From the IMG/VR virus record IMGVR_UViG_3300020048_000046: 64,000 nucleotides of DNA; one strand, given 5' to 3'. Source of the DNA: an uncultured virus (IMG/VR IMGVR_UViG_3300020048_000046) (Duplodnaviria; Heunggongvirae; Uroviricota; Caudoviricetes). Under the pieces are notes generated by a model. The model saw only the letters and a list, made by a program, of their open reading frames with translations. It had not been told where the DNA came from and searched no databases. Shown piece after piece: positions 38,387-48,037 of the stretch (the stretch's first letter is position 1; every line of letters starts with the position of its first letter). The translations under genes and the position numbers were made by a program.

Positions 38387-38863
38387 ATGAAATATTTAAA
38401 AAAATTTGAAAATGATATAGTTTTATATTACCCTAATAATAAATTGACAACATTAAAAGGATTAGATATACCAAAATATGTTGATGGTGATTTTGAGTGT
38501 GATGGTAATAATTTAACCTCATTAGAATTTGGACCTGAATATGTTGGTGGAAAATTTGACTGTACTGGTAATAAATTAAAATCATTAAATTTTTGTCCAG
38601 ATTTTGTTGGGGGGGGATTTGAATGTGGTGATAATAATTGGACTAAACCGATACCATATGAAACCATAAAAAAATATAATATTGATACCGGTGTATTATA
38701 TAATCATGAACAATATGAAAGATTTAGCACATATGAATATCAGAAAAAATATTTAACAGAAAGTCCAGAAAAATATCTAGATTTATTACCATTTGGGTTT
38801 GGTTCTAAAATTAAAGAAGAATTCGATTGGTTATTTAATGCTATAGATATGAAACTGATGTAA
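38387..38863 (+). CDS. leucine-rich-repeat protein, paralogue 4
   Basis: MKYLKKFE, few LRRs, IKEEFDWLFNAIDMKLM. Confidence 0.85.
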   Translation: MKYLKKFENDIVLYYPNNKLTTLKGLDIPKYVDGDFECDGNNLTSLEFGPEYVGGKFDCTGNKLKSLNFCPDFVGGGFECGDNNWTKPIPYETIKKYNIDTGVLYNHEQYERFSTYEYQKKYLTESPEKYLDLLPFGFGSKIKEEFDWLFNAIDMKLM

Positions 38864-38880
38864 AAAAAAATAATAAAAAA

Positions 38881-41800
38881 ATGGCTCAAGTTAAAGAGAA
38901 AAAACAAGAAGAATCCATAGTATTTAGTACAAAGGTAGTTGAAGAAATTCTCCACAAAGAAAATATGGGGTTAAAGTTAAAGAACTCTGAAAAGTTATGG
39001 TTGAATAATATGAAAGGTGTTAGAAGACCAAATGTACCATTTGCTATGACAAACGATGAAATAGGGGAATACTTAAAATGTAAAATGAGCATAAAGTATT
39101 TCATTGAAAACTATGTAAATATAAAACGTGAAGATGGTAGTATTGGTAAAATAAGTCTTAGAGATTATCAAAATGATATGGTAGATATCATGGACCAAAA
39201 TAGATTTTCCATTTTTATGTTCTCTAGGCAATCCGGAAAATCACAAGATTTGGATAGTTTAGTTTGGACAAAAAATGGAAAGTATAAATTTGGTGATTTA
39301 AAAATAGGTGATGATATATATGATGAATCAGGTGAATTAACTACAGTTGTTGGTATTTACCCACAAGGTATAAAAGATATATATGAAATTGAATTTTCTG
39401 ATGGGGTTAAAGTAAGAAGTTGTTCTGAACATTTATGGGAGGTTATAAAATATAAAAAGACTAAAATCGTACAATTGTCTGAAATAATGGAGAATTATTT
39501 AACTAGTAGAGGTGACTGTATATATTATGTTAAAATGAATAAACCGGTAAATTACCCTAAAAAAGAACTACCATTAGATCCATATTTTCTTGGTTTAATT
39601 ATTGGAGATGGTTCAACTAGAAATAATAGATTAAAGATATCTACTATGGATAAAGAAGTTGTAGATTATATATACACTCTTGAAGATGATGATATAGAAA
39701 TAAAAATAGATAATACGTGTGATTATAAAATAGTAAAAAAAATAAAAAAGAATACTAATAAACATAAATATATTTCAATATTAAGAAGTTTAGATTTGAT
39801 GGAAAAATATTCATATGAAAAACATATACCAGATTTATTCTTATATGGTAGTATTGAACAAAGATTAAATTTGCTTCAAGGTTTAATGGATACTGATGGA
39901 ACATGTTCGAAAAATTGTGTAACCTATACAACAACATCAAAACAATTAAGTGATAATTTTAGAGAATTATGTCATTCATTAGGAATTAGAACAAATATTA
40001 GAGAACGAATAACCTTTTTCACATATAACGGAATAAAAAAACAAGGGAGAACATCATACACTATTAGATTACTTATAAAAAATGGCTTTGAATATAATAT
40101 ATTCAGAATAAAAAGAAAACAAGAACTCATAAATAAAAAAATAAAAAAATATGATTGGGGCACAAAAAGAGGAATAGTAAATATAACACATATTGGAAAA
40201 AAAGAAGCACAATGTATAGAGGTTAATAATGATAGTCATCTATATTTAACCGATAATTATGTACCCACACATAATACTATAGGAACTAGTATTATGATCT
40301 TACATAAGGTTTTATTTTCGAATGATAAAAACATATTAATCGTTGGTAATAATGGGAATACGGTGTCTGAAAATATAAAGAAGATCAAGGATATTTATTT
40401 ACTTTTACCATATTTTCTTAAAAAAGGTGTTTTTAACTGGGCTGAAAAAACTATATCATTAGATAATGGCTGTAGAATAAAAACAGCAAACTGTACCGCT
40501 ACTGCTGGTATTGGTAATGCTGTTGATTTTTTATATTTAGATGAGTTTGCTAAAATCCCATCAAATATAAGTGAGGCTTATTATGGGGCGGTAGTTCCAA
40601 CAGTCTCATCTATTAATAATTCAAAAATTGTAATTACCTCAACTCCGGATGGTTTTAATTTATTTCATAAATTATTGACAGATGCTGAGAGAGATGAGGA
40701 AGACCCACAAAAGAATATGTATAAATCTTTACGTGTATATTGGCACCAGGTTAAAGGTAGAATGGATGTTAAAATATTACCATTAGCATATAAATTAAAG
40801 ACATACAGCTTAACAACAGATGAAATAATAGATGAGTTAAAAAATATGGGATATGATATATATGATAAAAATATTGATAATAAAACATATTATTTTATAA
40901 AATATGATATGGACGATGAAAAAACATCAATAGCAAATGTTAGAAATTTAAGAATAAATAATATTCCACTACAAGAATTATGTATTATTACAAATTGGAA
41001 AGAAGATGAAACTAAACTTATCGGTGGAGAGAATATGTTTAATCAAGAATATGATTTGCAATTTGTTACAGGAGATAAATTATTATTTGATTCAGAACAA
41101 ATGACTAAGTTTAAATCAGATTCCATAGATTTCAAGTATATACAATTTTCAAAATTAGATAATAAATTAACATTGCCATATACCCAATTGAAATGGTTAC
41201 AGGGAAGACCTGATATATTTGATGTTAATAAAATGAAGGAATATCATATTTGTGCATCGGTAGATTTAAGTGAAGGTCTTGGACAAGATTATTCTGTCTT
41301 GAATATTTTTAGGATATTACCAAAACCAGCAGAATTAATAGAAAAAACATATCAAAATTTATCATCTATATATGAATATTTTTACTTGGAACAAATTGGA
41401 GTATGTAGAGTAAATAATTGGAATATGAATGAATTTGCAGAAATGTTTTACATGGTTATGTTTGAATTATTTGATTCAGAAAAAATTAAAGTGGCTCTTG
41501 AATATAATACATATGGTTCAACTTTTTTACTAGAACTTACAAAAATATTTGATGGTGAGCACAATTATTCGAATGGTATATTTTTAAGATATAAACATAG
41601 AAAAGATGATATTCAAGCAAAAATAGGATTGAAAATAACTGGTGGAGAGAATGAAGCAAGTAAAAAATTATTGATAAAATCATTACAAAGTGCCGTAAAA
41701 AAACAATTAATTAAATTACACTATGATATGAGTGTTAATGAAATAAGTGTATTTACTAAAAAACTAACAGCTTCTGGAAATTTCACATATCAATGCGAAT

Positions 41801-42066
41801 CCGGAAACGATGATTTAACCATGACTCTTGTATCATTATCTAGTGTATTTGATCATGTTCAATATAAGAATTTAATAGATGATATTTTTGATAAACATCT
41901 TACACCGGCTGAAAAAAGTATAATTGAAAAATATGTTTATAATAAAAATTCAGATGAAAAAGTTAATTATGAATCAACAAAAAATATGTATAAAAAAATA
42001 TATAAAGGAAATGGTTTTCAAAAACCACAAGGATTCACACCATGGAAAAGTAGTCCATGGAATTAA
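38881..42066 (+). CDS. terL: terminase large subunit (T4 gp17-like) with intein
   Basis: LRDYQ, SRQSGK|T Walker A split by intein, LYLDEFA, ITSTPDG, FNQEY, VDLSEG.GQDYS, EYN, NDDLTM. Confidence 0.92.
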   Translation: MAQVKEKKQEESIVFSTKVVEEILHKENMGLKLKNSEKLWLNNMKGVRRPNVPFAMTNDEIGEYLKCKMSIKYFIENYVNIKREDGSIGKISLRDYQNDMVDIMDQNRFSIFMFSRQSGKSQDLDSLVWTKNGKYKFGDLKIGDDIYDESGELTTVVGIYPQGIKDIYEIEFSDGVKVRSCSEHLWEVIKYKKTKIVQLSEIMENYLTSRGDCIYYVKMNKPVNYPKKELPLDPYFLGLIIGDGSTRNNRLKISTMDKEVVDYIYTLEDDDIEIKIDNTCDYKIVKKIKKNTNKHKYISILRSLDLMEKYSYEKHIPDLFLYGSIEQRLNLLQGLMDTDGTCSKNCVTYTTTSKQLSDNFRELCHSLGIRTNIRERITFFTYNGIKKQGRTSYTIRLLIKNGFEYNIFRIKRKQELINKKIKKYDWGTKRGIVNITHIGKKEAQCIEVNNDSHLYLTDNYVPTHNTIGTSIMILHKVLFSNDKNILIVGNNGNTVSENIKKIKDIYLLLPYFLKKGVFNWAEKTISLDNGCRIKTANCTATAGIGNAVDFLYLDEFAKIPSNISEAYYGAVVPTVSSINNSKIVITSTPDGFNLFHKLLTDAERDEEDPQKNMYKSLRVYWHQVKGRMDVKILPLAYKLKTYSLTTDEIIDELKNMGYDIYDKNIDNKTYYFIKYDMDDEKTSIANVRNLRINNIPLQELCIITNWKEDETKLIGGENMFNQEYDLQFVTGDKLLFDSEQMTKFKSDSIDFKYIQFSKLDNKLTLPYTQLKWLQGRPDIFDVNKMKEYHICASVDLSEGLGQDYSVLNIFRILPKPAELIEKTYQNLSSIYEYFYLEQIGVCRVNNWNMNEFAEMFYMVMFELFDSEKIKVALEYNTYGSTFLLELTKIFDGEHNYSNGIFLRYKHRKDDIQAKIGLKITGGENEASKKLLIKSLQSAVKKQLIKLHYDMSVNEISVFTKKLTASGNFTYQCESGNDDLTMTLVSLSSVFDHVQYKNLIDDIFDKHLTPAEKSIIEKYVYNKNSDEKVNYESTKNMYKKIYKGNGFQKPQGFTPWKSSPWN
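39241..40275 (+). mobile_element. intein with LAGLIDADG endonuclease (345 aa)
   Basis: Starts SQDLDSLV after GK; CSEHLW (block B); LGLIIGDGS and LLQGLMDTDG; ends PTHN, +1 Thr. Confidence 0.9.
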
Positions 42067-42095
42067 TATATACGATTATAAAAAAAATAAATTAA

Positions 42096-43391
42096 ATGAA
42101 AAATTATAATAAATTTATATTAGATAAGCAAAAAGTAGATGAAGGTTTATTTGATTTTGCTAGTAAAATGTTCAATAAAGCAAAAGAACTTATAAATAAA
42201 ACTAAGGGTGGTAAAGAAATAGAAGTAATTTATCAGAAGTATTTAAAATTGATAAATGATGAGTTTGCAAAAAAAGCTAAGGTGGAAATAAAATTAGGTG
42301 CATCTACTGAGACACCTACGGATGGGAATGCATTAAAAACTGAGAAAAAACAAAATTCCTCATTAAAAACTTATTCTAATTTTATATCTATAAATGAAGC
42401 CGATGCTTTACCAGATGCCCCAGCTAATACTCCAACAGTTGATGATAAAAAAAATTCTAACAATACTGAATCTGAAGCTGCAGACCCAAAGAAAGATGGT
42501 AAAGAAAATATTGATGACCTAAAGAAAAAACAGGTGTTAATGAAAAAAATAATAGAATTATATAAAGTAAAAGCTCTTAAAGAAATGGACAATATCCTTA
42601 AAAAGTATGGTGGGTCACAAAAAAATCCACAATTAGCAATAATAATAGATGATAAAAAAGATCAATTTACATTGGATTTTATGAATGCTGAGATAAAATT
42701 TTTACGAGATAATGGGGACGATAATTCTGCAAATAAATTAGAAAAGGATAGTAAAGAATTAATTCAAAAAATGGCGGATAATATGGATCCTAAAAATTTG
42801 GAAAATCCAAGTATTGAAATTGATGGAAAAAAATATAAAAAGAATTCACCATATAGATATAAAGATGATAGTGGCAATATAATAATAATAGAAATAACTG
42901 ATGTGGATAAAGATGAGAAACCATTATATAAAATAAAAAATGATAAAGATGGTCCATCAAAAGATGATAAAGAAAAACAATTAAAAGTGGAAAATATTAT
43001 AGAAGATGAACCAAAAAAGGGTGAAAAATATAATTATTATAGTGAAAATGCAAATGGTGTAATATCCGTAAAAATAGTCGGTAATGGAGATAAACCTGGA
43101 CTAATTAAAGTAAATGCCGGCAATGATGATTTTGATTTAAATGCTGGAACATTATTAGATAAAACAGAAGATGCAGAAGAGCAAGATAAAACTCCAATAA
43201 AAATAGATGATAAAGAATATATTCCTGGTGATAAATATACATATACTAATAAAGAAGGAAAAGAAACAGAAATAGAAATAGTAAAAGCATCTGAAAATGA
43301 TGGAAATATAATAGCTAAATTTACTGATGAAAAATATGGAGGATTAGATGATCAAGATTTTTCAGTTGAAAAAATAGGTGATAAAAAATAA
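42096..43391 (+). CDS. Lys/Asp/Glu-rich protein, putative virion-internal
   Basis: MKNYNKFI...VDEGLFD and internal LKTYSNFISINE; repeated C-terminal I.IDxKxY..xxxYxY units. Confidence 0.65.
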   Translation: MKNYNKFILDKQKVDEGLFDFASKMFNKAKELINKTKGGKEIEVIYQKYLKLINDEFAKKAKVEIKLGASTETPTDGNALKTEKKQNSSLKTYSNFISINEADALPDAPANTPTVDDKKNSNNTESEAADPKKDGKENIDDLKKKQVLMKKIIELYKVKALKEMDNILKKYGGSQKNPQLAIIIDDKKDQFTLDFMNAEIKFLRDNGDDNSANKLEKDSKELIQKMADNMDPKNLENPSIEIDGKKYKKNSPYRYKDDSGNIIIIEITDVDKDEKPLYKIKNDKDGPSKDDKEKQLKVENIIEDEPKKGEKYNYYSENANGVISVKIVGNGDKPGLIKVNAGNDDFDLNAGTLLDKTEDAEEQDKTPIKIDDKEYIPGDKYTYTNKEGKETEIEIVKASENDGNIIAKFTDEKYGGLDDQDFSVEKIGDKK

Positions 43392-43401
43392 TATAAATAA
43401 A

Positions 43402-43429
43402 GAATCCACTAATTAGTGGATTTTTTTTT
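43402..43429 (+). terminator. intrinsic terminator
   Basis: aatccacta-at-tagtggatt followed by T run. Confidence 0.75.
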
Positions 43430-43431
43430 AT

Positions 43432-43460
43432 TAAACTTTTTCAACATTTTATAATATAAA
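43432..43460 (+). promoter_or_regulatory. putative phage promoter, AAAC-N18-TATAA class
   Basis: TAAAC 43432-43436, N18, TATAAA 43455-43460. Confidence 0.55.
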
Positions 43461-43482
43461 AACAAACTTAAAAAATATAATA

Positions 43483-44277
43483 ATGGCAAAAAAAATTAGT
43501 ACAAGTACAATTACGTACAAAATATCATTAGATACACTAGAATTATTTTTATCTAAAATAACTGATTTAACTAAATTAGATAATACAGTAGTTATGAATT
43601 TTAATGATACAGATATTTTGTTATATAGTGTTGTTGGGAAAAACTTAGATAATATACATGCTTTTAAATCACATGTTTTAAAAACTAAGGATATATTTAA
43701 TACTAAAGATAAATTGGATAGAGATGTACCATTTATTTTAACTGATTCAAAAAGATTTACTGCATCCATATTATTTTTTCATAAATATATGAAAGCTCAA
43801 GGTATTGATGAAGAATTGGAATTTAAACTTTATTATAATGAAGATTTCTGTGAAAAATTATTGATAAAAAACAGTAAATCTAAAGAAGAAACTCCTGGCG
43901 GAAAACCAAATTATCATACTCATAGATTATCAGTTGAAGATATTGATGGGGTTATGGATACTACATTATCAGATTATTCATTTATTCTGAATCAAGAGGA
44001 TTTCAAATACATTAAAGCAAAAACAGGAATAGAAAAAGATAATGAAGTATTATTTTTAAATATTCTGGACGGAAAATTATCTATTGGTGAAAATAGATGG
44101 GATCACAATATTTGTGATATTGAATATGATGATGTAACAATATCTTTTCCAAAAAAATATTTTAAGTGTATAAATTATGATAAAGATGAAAATATGACTA
44201 TTTATTCAACTGAAAGATACTTATTAATTGTTGGGGGAAATACTAATTTATTAATATCAATAGAATTAAGTGTATAA
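43483..44277 (+). CDS. possible DNA sliding clamp (gp45/PCNA-like)
   Basis: 264 aa with two similar helix/strand halves; inferred from size and pattern only. Confidence 0.4.
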   Translation: MAKKISTSTITYKISLDTLELFLSKITDLTKLDNTVVMNFNDTDILLYSVVGKNLDNIHAFKSHVLKTKDIFNTKDKLDRDVPFILTDSKRFTASILFFHKYMKAQGIDEELEFKLYYNEDFCEKLLIKNSKSKEETPGGKPNYHTHRLSVEDIDGVMDTTLSDYSFILNQEDFKYIKAKTGIEKDNEVLFLNILDGKLSIGENRWDHNICDIEYDDVTISFPKKYFKCINYDKDENMTIYSTERYLLIVGGNTNLLISIELSV

Positions 44278-44478
44278 ATGGATATGTCAAAACTCATAGA
44301 ATCATTGAATAATGCTGCACAAATTATTCAAAATAAAAATATAAATGGTTCAGCAAATTATATTGTGTGTTCACCTAAAGGGGCAAATTTATTTAAAAAA
44401 ATGTTCGAGGAACAAGATTGGAAAGAAAAAAACGAATTACGGAAAAAGAAATTAGAAAGGATTTTAAATGGGTTTTGA
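44278..44478 (+). CDS. small protein with RKKKLERIL tag
   Basis: 66-aa ORF. Confidence 0.6.
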   Translation: MDMSKLIESLNNAAQIIQNKNINGSANYIVCSPKGANLFKKMFEEQDWKEKNELRKKKLERILNGF

Positions 44479-44623
44479 AAAATATGAAATTCATTTTACT
44501 GATAAATCTGATAATAGTGTGTATGTTTTTTTGAGAGATTGGTGTAAGTTAGTTGAGGAAAATAAAAACAAATTAAGAACAAAAAAATTAGAAAGGATTT
44601 TAAATGTTAAAGTGGATAAATAA
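44468..44623 (+). CDS. small protein with RTKKLERIL tag (51 aa, not in ORF track)
   Basis: MGFEKYEIHF...LRTKKLERILNVKVDK. Confidence 0.55.
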   Translation: MGFEKYEIHFTDKSDNSVYVFLRDWCKLVEENKNKLRTKKLERILNVKVDK

Positions 44624-44930
44624 TATAAGAAATAAATACAGAAAAAATAATGTATTAATTAGAGTATGTGTAGGGTGTGTTTTACCATATAATGCTAAAT
44701 TAATAGGTACTGGGACATATCAAATAATAAATATTAATGGAAAAATAAGTGAACAATATTATGATTATATTATTCATGATGAAGATTTAGAAGATTTTCT
44801 TAATATAAATAAAGAAATATTAATAAAATATAAATTATTAGATGAAGAACCGCAAGAAAATAAAAAAGAAAATAAAAATCCTGTTGAACCTACAACATTA
44901 AGAGGATGGGACAAAAAAAATAATCAATAA
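44604..44930 (+). CDS. hypothetical protein
   Basis: 108-aa ORF. Confidence 0.55.
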   Translation: MLKWINNIRNKYRKNNVLIRVCVGCVLPYNAKLIGTGTYQIININGKISEQYYDYIIHDEDLEDFLNINKEILIKYKLLDEEPQENKKENKNPVEPTTLRGWDKKNNQ

Positions 44931-44961
44931 AGAATTATTAATAAATAAAAATACAATAAAA

Positions 44962-45249
44962 ATGGGAATGTCAACAAGAATTACTGGTTTTGTTTCACCA
45001 GAAAATGAAAAATATAAGAAACATGCTAAAGTTTTAATTGCTTGTATAGAAGCAAGTATTTCAGAACTTCCAAAAGAAACTGCTGAATATTTTGGTAGTA
45101 AATATCCGGAACAATATCTTTTAGAAGAAAAACTGGAGATTAAAATACCAAAACACGAGTATCATGAAGATATGATAGAGGGTTTTGAAATTATTGTTTC
45201 GGAAATACCTGATGGTGTACATAAAATTCGATTTGTAAACTGTTGGTAA
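44962..45249 (+). CDS. hypothetical protein
   Basis: 95-aa ORF MGMSTRITGFVSP... Confidence 0.65.
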   Translation: MGMSTRITGFVSPENEKYKKHAKVLIACIEASISELPKETAEYFGSKYPEQYLLEEKLEIKIPKHEYHEDMIEGFEIIVSEIPDGVHKIRFVNCW

Positions 45250-45294
45250 TATTGCACATAACGATTGTTAACAAATGTTAAATTAATGATTTAA

Positions 45295-45326
45295 TTTGCA
45301 TATACTTATATTTATACTTATCTTTG
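45295..45326 (+). promoter_or_regulatory. Bacteroidota-type promoter
   Basis: TTTG 45295-45298, N20, TATCTTTG 45319-45326. Confidence 0.8.
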
Positions 45327-45330
45327 CATC

Positions 45331-45852
45331 ATGAATAATTTTATAACATATAAAGGGATTATACATTTTGATCCTGTAGATAAAACAAAAAAACATAAAA
45401 ACCAATCTAATTGGAAAAGAATTGCTATGGTTTTAATAGATGGCGATTTATGTGAATATTATGCTTGGTTCATTAAAAAAAGATACAATTTAGAGCTAAA
45501 TAAGCCAATTAGAGGTGCCCACATCACATTTCTGAATGATTCTGTTACGGATATATTAAAAGGGCTTAAATGCACCGAAAATGAATTAGAAGTTATATGG
45601 GAATCTGTAAAGAAAAAATGGGAGGGTGTCGAAATAGATGTTGTTTTGGATCTTGATGTTAGAGGAAATGTTAAACATTGGTGGCTAAATATTCCAAATG
45701 AACATAGAGGATTATTACATGATATAAGATCTGAACTAGGTTTAGATCGCCCATATTTCGGACTTCATTTGTCGATTGGATATGCCAATAATAAAAATAT
45801 ACAACATAGTGAATATATTATAAATTGTATTCAAAAAGGTTTAATAACATAA
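45331..45852 (+). CDS. 2H phosphoesterase-like protein
   Basis: Two Hx(T/S)h motifs, GAHITF and GLHLSIG, about 80 aa apart. Confidence 0.65.
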   Translation: MNNFITYKGIIHFDPVDKTKKHKNQSNWKRIAMVLIDGDLCEYYAWFIKKRYNLELNKPIRGAHITFLNDSVTDILKGLKCTENELEVIWESVKKKWEGVEIDVVLDLDVRGNVKHWWLNIPNEHRGLLHDIRSELGLDRPYFGLHLSIGYANNKNIQHSEYIINCIQKGLIT

Positions 45853-45855
45853 AAT

Positions 45856-46645
45856 ATGACTGATAATTTCCCATATAAATATTATTTTTATGGATCTGAT
45901 GATTCCATAGATGAAGATGTTATTATTGAAATCCCATCAGATCTAATGCCAAAAGTTCAAGAAGATAGAAAAATATTTTTGAAAAATATTGAAATACAAT
46001 ATGGGGATAACATATAATACTAATCTTGTAGTTATAGAAAATGGCGTAGTAATAGATACTATTTATCCTAAATCCTGGATAGATTCAGTCAATAATTCTG
46101 TTTTTTATACATATAAAAATCATTTACACAAGCAAGTATATGAATTACCTATAAAGGAACCAGTTAAAAGGCATAAATTATTGGCTATTTATAAAACTGT
46201 ACGAGTTATTATGGCTCATTTGAGTAGAACGCATTATAGAACATTAGTTAAACCGGTTTTAAGTGGATTTCATGACTTTGATCTTAAATTAAAGACCCTT
46301 CCAAAAATTGACTTCTCAACTATAATAAAATTTGAACAAAGAAATACTACAGATATTGATATCTGGAAAATTCTAGCATTCTATATCGCTCAAAATATAT
46401 CACTTGTAAAAGATGATGTGGAAATATATTCGAAAAAAGATTTAATAAAATATCATCCAACATTGTATAATTTCATATATAGAAAAGAATTGACAAAAAA
46501 TGATATAACCGAATTAAATAGATACTTGTCCATAGAAATTGATATGATAAATAATTATGGTGAATATAAATCAGTAAATAGTATATTATCCTGCGGATCA
46601 GAACAAATAAATATGAAAAATGAAGTATCTATAAATATTTTTTAA
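45856..46645 (+). pseudogene. nucleotidyltransferase-fold gene with +1 frameshift
   Basis: ATG 45856 MTDNFPYKYYFYGSDDSIDEDVII (hGS...DxD); removing one G in GGGG 46003-46006 joins ORF 45989..46645. Confidence 0.55.
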
Positions 46646-46989
46646 AAATATTTGCATATTATATTTTTTTGCCGTATATTTGCAGTATAAATATTAAATA
46701 TTAAATATTAAATATTAAATATTAAATATTAAATATTATGAAAATAGATATAAATAAATATGCCAAGCGCAAACAAGCAACAATACTGAAAGATTTGAGT
46801 GGTCACGGCATACGTGACGGTAAAATTGTAAAAATATTAGATGTCGGAAATGATGGCAAAGAAGATTATGTGAAGGTTCAATATAAGAATAATATTGAGT
46901 ATATATATTATGAAGAAGAAATTGAATAATTATAAATATTTGCATATTATATTTTTTTGTCGTATATTTGCAGTATAAATATTAAATAT
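46646..46989 (+). repeat. 56-bp promoter-containing direct repeats flanking one gene, plus (TAAATAT)7
   Basis: 46646-46701 vs 46934-46989 with one mismatch; each has TTTG-N20-TATATTTG; tandem 7-mer 46688-46736. Confidence 0.85.
46738..46929 (+). CDS. small hypothetical protein
   Basis: 63-aa ORF between direct repeats. Confidence 0.6.
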   Translation: MKIDINKYAKRKQATILKDLSGHGIRDGKIVKILDVGNDGKEDYVKVQYKNNIEYIYYEEEIE

Positions 46990-46996
46990 CACAATT

Positions 46997-47443
46997 ATGG
47001 AGAAATTAAAATTCGGTGATCGTATCACTATCAGAAGCATAGAATTACAAGTTTTAACAGATACGTATGAAAATGAACAATACTATTTCTTATCAAAAGG
47101 TAGATCTTTACTAGACACTTTAGGAATTATGAAAGAAGATGAATATGAATTAGCAAACAGATTCTCACAAGTTCCTAGACCCATGGTTGAACGAAATCCA
47201 ATTGGAGCAACTAGTCTTATCAATCTTCAAACATTCGTTGATTATGTTATTGAGGCTTCAAATTTATTACCGTTAACACCTGATGAAATAAAAAAAATAA
47301 AAATGATGGAATTATATAAAAAAATAGATAAATTCCATCCAACTAGTTTATTTTATGAACTATTTGAAGCTAATGAAAAAATGTTAATGAAAGTAACTGA
47401 ACTAGAAAAAAAAGTATTTGAATTAGAGAATAACTTAAAATAA
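46997..47443 (+). CDS. hypothetical protein
   Basis: 148 aa, C-terminal coiled coil. Confidence 0.65.
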   Translation: MEKLKFGDRITIRSIELQVLTDTYENEQYYFLSKGRSLLDTLGIMKEDEYELANRFSQVPRPMVERNPIGATSLINLQTFVDYVIEASNLLPLTPDEIKKIKMMELYKKIDKFHPTSLFYELFEANEKMLMKVTELEKKVFELENNLK

Positions 47444-47448
47444 ATATT

Positions 47449-47775
47449 ATGAAAATACTTGATGTAATTAAAGAAACATTAATTGGGAAATCTCTAAATA
47501 TTAAAGTTAAACATGAACCTATTATTGAATTTTATGATGATATTGTAAAGAAAAGTAATAGTGTTACGAACAAACAATTTGAAAGTGGTGATCCAAAATA
47601 TACAATGGTTGCTCACCGGAGAAGAATTACCGGATATGATACAGTATATCAACATAAAAAAATAATTGATATTATTGATACTGGTGGAGATGATTATGGT
47701 GGATATATCATTGTTAAATTTGAAGATAATACCACATATAATATAGATCTAATGGATGATATTGAACTTTTTTAA
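47449..47775 (+). CDS. hypothetical protein
   Basis: 108-aa ORF. Confidence 0.6.
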   Translation: MKILDVIKETLIGKSLNIKVKHEPIIEFYDDIVKKSNSVTNKQFESGDPKYTMVAHRRRITGYDTVYQHKKIIDIIDTGGDDYGGYIIVKFEDNTTYNIDLMDDIELF

Positions 47776-48037
47776 AAAACATTAATTATGATAACAGCAG
47801 AAACAATCAGACAAGCAAAACAAAACATTGAAGAGCAAAATGCTAAAAAATATTATAACTCAAAACCAACGTTTCACTTTAAAAGCTTTTCTATTGGTTT
47901 AGCGATAGGTTTAATTGTATGTGGTATATTATTGAGTATATATTTTTAAAATTATAATATAGTTTCTTGGAACTTAAATCCAAGTGGTGGTTGAATAGGA
48001 TTNNNNNNNNNNTTCACTCCTTGCATTAAAAGGTTAA

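Noticed and set aside
35463..38863. Diversity-generating retroelement acting on the LRR genes
   Set aside because: No reverse transcriptase or template repeat seen; C-termini are conserved rather than adenine-mutated
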